DNA from: Chiloscyllium plagiosum
Lineage: Eukaryota
Assembly: GCF_004010195.1 (NCBI RefSeq)
Contig: NC_057720.1
Location: 5,641,521-5,704,056, forward strand
Reading direction: 5' to 3'
DNA: 62,536 bases
This document shows positions 58,061 through 62,536 of this stretch, one piece after another (the first letter of the stretch is position 1; the number at the start of each line of letters is the position of its first letter). The notes under the pieces were generated by a model. The model was not told the origin of the DNA. It searched no databases and saw nothing but the letters and a program-made list of their open reading frames with translations. The translations under genes and the position numbers were made by a program.

Positions 58061-58774
58061 GTCTGAGAACCACCTCCTTCACACCCAAACCTTCCTGCTT
58101 TAATTGAGTCCCACTGTCGAGCTACTGAAGACCTTAATTAGTGATAATGGAATCATGGAGATGAGAGGGGCAGAAAAAAATGTCTGGGAACAATCAGAAT
58201 ATGAATCGCCTCCATAAAAGGCCAAAGACTCGAAATGGATCCTTTAATCTGATGTAACAATGGCTTGGTGAAAATATCTAGTACAAAGTATTTTTCTTTC
58301 ACTAAATAGTTTTATTCATGAACTCAACCTGTCTAGTGAGATGAAAGATTTAGTATCGAGGGACTTGCATCTTAAAGGCACCTTTTCAATAAAAGCTGCC
58401 CTCATTCTTTTGGTTAAACAGTAATAGAAAGACTGTTTCTTTTATTGTTCATTTATGAATGTGTTGAATCTTTTCTTCTCGAATCAATAGACGCTGGAGA
58501 GCATTTCTGTTCTTTTCAACGGTGCTTTTGAAGTCTCCGTGCTTCAAATGTCAGCCAAGAGAGCAATGGTAGCATCACACCTCAGCCTTAGACAGTCTGC
58601 TCTGCTGCAGGAATGTTTCGTTTCAGAGAGAGATTTTTATTTTAATGACATTCAGGGAGACTGGGGAAGTTGGGCTTGTTCCTCCACCAGCAGACAAGGT
58701 GAAAGATGGAATGGTGAGGGGTTTTGATGGACTATTCTCGGGAGACCTTGTTTCCACTGGCAAGAGCTTTGAGG

Positions 58775-59074
58775 ATTAGATTCCCTACAGTGTGGAATCA
58801 GGCCCTTCGGCCCAACAAGTCCACAATGACCCTCCAAGCAGTCACCCACCCAGACCCTTTTCCCTCTGACTAATGCACCTATCACTATGGACAATTTAGA
58901 ATGGCCAATTCACCTGACCTGCACATCTTTGGACTGTGGGAGAAAACCGGAGCACCTGGAGGAAACCTACGCAGACACGGGGAGAATCCACACAGACAGT
59001 CACCCAAGGCTGGAATCAAACTTGGGACTCTGGTGCTGTGAGGCAGCAGTGCTAACCACTGAACCACTGTGTCG
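58775..59074 (-). mobile_element. HE1-like V-SINE
   Basis: Full reverse copy. Confidence 0.85.
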
Positions 59075-60269
59075 CAGGAGACTGCAATATTCTAATGAAG
59101 CACAGTACAGGTTTAAGGAGCACACCTTGTTTTCCACTGAGGCACGTCATAGCCTCAAGGTCTCAACATTGACCTCTATAACGTTACAAGCCTTGTCTTG
59201 TCTGTGTTCCAGTTCTGATGAAGAGTCACATTGGATTCAAAATATTTACTCTGTTCCTCTCTCCACAGATGCTGCTGAGTTTCTCCAACAATTTCTGTTT
59301 TTTGTTTCAGATTTTCAGAATCTGCAGTATTTTGCTTTCATTATCATTGGTAAAGAAGGCACTGAGGAAATCAAAATATTTTTTCTATTGTGGGATGTGG
59401 GTGTTGCTGCTGGGCCCAGCATTTATTGCCTGTCCCTGGTGGTCCTTGAGAAGGTGGTGGTGAGCCGCCATCTTGAACTGCTATATGTGCTTTAGGTAGA
59501 TCCACAATGCCCTTATAGGAACGGAATTCCAGGATTTTGACCCAGCGACAGTGAAGATATGGGGATATATTTCCACGTCAGGATGGTGAGTGGCTTGGAG
59601 ATGAACGTTTGCAACTTTTCCAGTCTGTAAGTTGTTATGATTGGGAATGAGTTGCCTGAAGGGCAGATGAGGAAAAGCTTCTAATGAGCTAGTTTAGGCA
59701 CCGTGGACTGAATGGTTTCATTCTGTGCTGGATCGCTCGATGATACCACCCTCATAATCAATTTGGTTCATCAAATCTCATGAGGAGAACCTCATGAATG
59801 GATTGATGTGCAGGTGGGAATCTGGTCTTTGCCTCCAACTGCATCCCAAATAACAAAAGGATCTGAAAAGGATAGTGGGGGCAAAGTCAAGATAAAAACA
59901 CGTGGGGCCTTCAGAGTTAGAGCAGCTGCTTTTGACCCTTCATGCTGCTGCCTGGATTCGTTTGTGTCCCTCCTCCACTTAGGTGAGGGGTGGAGCTGGT
60001 GTGGGAGGGCATGGGACCCAGGTAGTGCAGTGGGGAGCCATTGTCCAGGCTGTCCATCTTCTTCTGACCACTAGGTACAACCTACATGATTGGCAACTTA
60101 TAGCTACTGCCCCCACCAGGCCCCAGTGACTTCAGTGAGGTCTAGCGATGGGTGCCATCTTAGAACTTAGGTCTCAAGCCAATTCACAACATTGGGATCA
60201 TTACCATTATCCACTTCTGAATAACCTTGCTTGACAGAAAGTAACTGTCAGAAGCAGAGATCGAATTGT

Positions 60270-60580
60270 AAAACCTCTACAGTGTGGAAGCAGGCCATTT
60301 GGCCCATCAAGTAGGCACTGACCCTCCAAAGAGCATCCCATCCAGACCCATCCTAGCCCTGTAACTGTGCGTTTCCCATGGCTGATCCTCCTCGCCTACA
60401 TACCCCTGGACACTGTGGGTAATATCACATGGCCAGTCCGCCTAACCTGCACATCTTCGGAGCACTCAGAGGAAAGATATCAAAACATGAGGAGAATGTG
60501 AAAACTCCATAGAGCCGCCCAAGGGTGGAATTAAACCCAGGTCCCTGGCATTGTGAGGCAGCAGTGCTAACCACTGAGCC
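60270..60580 (-). mobile_element. HE1-like V-SINE (diverged)
   Basis: Reverse copy with an internal deletion. Confidence 0.8.
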
Positions 60581-60936
60581 AGCAGACCACCCTTCTAGAT
60601 GGCCTTTCGAAGGTGGCCTTTTTCTGGACGTGGTGATTTCTTTTCCCTGAATAGACTTTATTCCTCGACTCATTGCAAGCTCATACCACCTTGTGGTAGC
60701 TTTGCTGATAAAATAGACTTGAACACAGTGGAAGACAACCATTATATCCCAGATGGACTCTTCCTTCTGATGATTGAATGGGGGTCAGTGTTGGTTTAGT
60801 TCGTGTCTGGTGGGAATGGACCCTTTCTGTTGGATTCTCACCCACTTTAAAGATGGCTGAAAATCCCTGTAAATCAGCAGTGAGAAGCAGTAGATGGTGG
60901 GATAGTGTTAATGTTCTTGGGCTTTTAATCCTAGAA

Positions 60937-61270
60937 GGTGGCGTGGTGGGTCAGTGGTTAGCACTGCTGCCTCACAGCGCCAGGGACCTGGGTTCAATTC
61001 CACCTTGGACGACTGCCTGTGTGGAGTTTGCACATTCTCCCTGTGTCTGTGTGGGTTTCCTCCGGATGTTTCAGTTTCTTTCCACAGTCCAAAGATGTGC
61101 AGGTTAGGTGGAGCGGCCATGCTAAATTGCCCATAGTGTTCAGGGATATGTAGGTTAGATGCATTAGTCAGGGGTAAATGTAGACCAGTCGGGGAATGGA
61201 TTACTCTTTGCAGTGTCACTGTGGACTTGTTGGGCTGAAGGGCTTGTTTCCACGCTGTCAGGATTCTATG
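60937..61270 (+). mobile_element. HE1-like V-SINE
   Basis: Full copy. Confidence 0.85.
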
Positions 61271-61299
61271 ATCTTTCTACGATTCCACGGCCACACAAG

Positions 61300-61580
61300 T
61301 ACTCAGGAACCATGGGTTCAAATTCCACCACTCAGCTGGTGGTATTTAAATTCAATTAATAAGTCTGAAACTGAAAGCGAGTCTCAGTGATGGGGATCAT
61401 GGTAATTGTAAAATTTTAGTTTTTGCATGCCCTTTAAGGAATCTATAGTTCCTGCCTGGTCTGGGCTACATGTGACTCCGCACCCACAGCAATGCGGTGA
61501 ACTAATAATTGCTTTCTGAAATGGCCAAGCAAGTTGAAAGGCAATTAAGGATGGGCAATAAATGTTGGCCTTGCCAGTAA
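61300..61580 (+). mobile_element. SINE family B
   Basis: GGGTTCAAATTCCACC...CTACATGTGACTCC...GGCAATTAAGGATGGGCAATAAATGTTGGCC. Confidence 0.7.
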
Positions 61581-61619
61581 AGGAAAACACCCAAAAGCAT
61601 ATAGCTCCTTTAACAGAAT

Positions 61620-62536
61620 AAAATAAGAACAAAGAAGAACAAGGAAAATTTACAGCCCAGGAACAGGCCCTTCGGCCCTCCAAGCCTGAGCCGATCCAAA
61701 TATACTGTCTAAACCTGTCGGACAATTCCTAAGCATTTGTATCCCTCTGCTCCCCACCTACTCATGCATCTGTCCAGATGTATCTTAAATGAATCTACTG
61801 TGCCTGCCTCTACCACCTCTGCTGGCAACGCGTTCCAACCACCCACCACCCTCTGTGTGAAGTACTTGCCGCGTGTATTCCCCTTAAACATTCCACCTCT
61901 CACCTTGAGAGCATGAACTCTCGTTATACAATCCTTCACCCTGGGAAAAAGCTTGTCTCTATCCACCCTGTCTATACCCTTCATGATTTTGTAAACCTCA
62001 ATCAGGTCCCCCCTCAATCTCCTTTTTTCTAGTGAAAATAAACCTAACCTACTCAACCTCTCTTCATAGCTAGCACCTTCCATACCAGGCAACATCCTCA
62101 TAAACCTTCTCTGCACCCTCTCCAAAGTGTCCACATCCTTTTGGTAATGTGGCGCCCAGAACTGTACACAATATTCTAAATGCAGCCGAACCAATGTGTT
62201 GTACAATTTTAACATGACTTGCCAGCTCTTATACTCATTACCCTGTCCAATGAAGGCAAGCATACTATATGCCTTCTTGACCACTCTATCCACTTATGCA
62301 GCAACCTTCAGGATACAATGGACCTGAACTCCCAGATCTCTCTGCTCATCAACTTTTCCCAAGGCTCTTCCATTCATTGTATAATTCGCTCTAGAATTAG
62401 ACTTGCCTAAATGCATCACCTCACATTTGTCTGGATTGAAAGCCATCTGCCACTTTTCCGCCCAACTCTCCAGTCTATCTATATCCTCCTGTATTCTCTG
62501 ACAGTCCCTTATGCTTTCTGCTACTCCACCAATCTT
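61620..62536 (-). mobile_element. Well-preserved CR1-type LINE 3' portion, running off the window end
   Basis: ORF 61709..62293: LVRLHLEYCVQFWAPHYQKD...ERLSRLGLFSLEKRRLRGDLIEVYKIMKG...YFTQRVVGGWNALP. Confidence 0.92.

Noticed and set aside
58491..58727. Possible next TTLL7 exon (aatag|ACG..., open for 78 codons)
   Set aside because: No similarity to the expected next TTLL7 segment (recalled as ..DNWKYHK..VASYWL), and the donor is weak. The real exon is probably beyond the window.
190..61219. Many 60-200 aa ORFs with recurring peptides (WPIHLTCTSLDCGRKPEH, MVAQWLALLPHS)
   Set aside because: These are translations of V-SINE copies, not genes.
258..61270. Runs of same-orientation V-SINEs (minus before 14 kb, plus from 29 to 52 kb)
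   Set aside because: Overall orientation is balanced and about 18 copies are too few to distinguish from chance.
1..62536. CRISPR array, rRNA or prokaryotic operon
   Set aside because: No regularly spaced direct repeats or rRNA-like sequence; the window is vertebrate intronic DNA.

Overview
Eukaryotic, intron-rich DNA. The repeat families point to a shark or other elasmobranch (inference). The window holds ten internal + strand exons of the tubulin polyglutamylase gene TTLL7 (9013..53080). They join through GT-AG introns into one open frame of 1452 nt (484 codons); neither the start nor the stop codon is in the window. The introns are dense with retroelements: about 18 HE1-like V-SINEs, CR1/HER1-type LINE fragments, a second SINE/LINE pair sharing a 3' tail, Deu-domain-like SINE remnants, a Rex1/Babar fragment, a Gypsy integrase remnant, a solo LTR, and at least three Penelope-like (GIY-YIG) families. 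The main unexplained signal is about 15 minimal type-I hammerhead ribozyme motifs (CTGANGA-stem II-GAAA-NN-TH) carried by the Penelope termini and by short non-autonomous derivatives with target-site duplications (TSDs). Three motifs keep an intact catalytic core, one of them in sense within the TTLL7 pre-mRNA. A candidate extra or alternative-terminal TTLL7 exon lies near 41.2 kb. Exon, TSD and ribozyme-core coordinates were read base by base; most other repeat boundaries are approximate. Family names come from recognition, not database searches.
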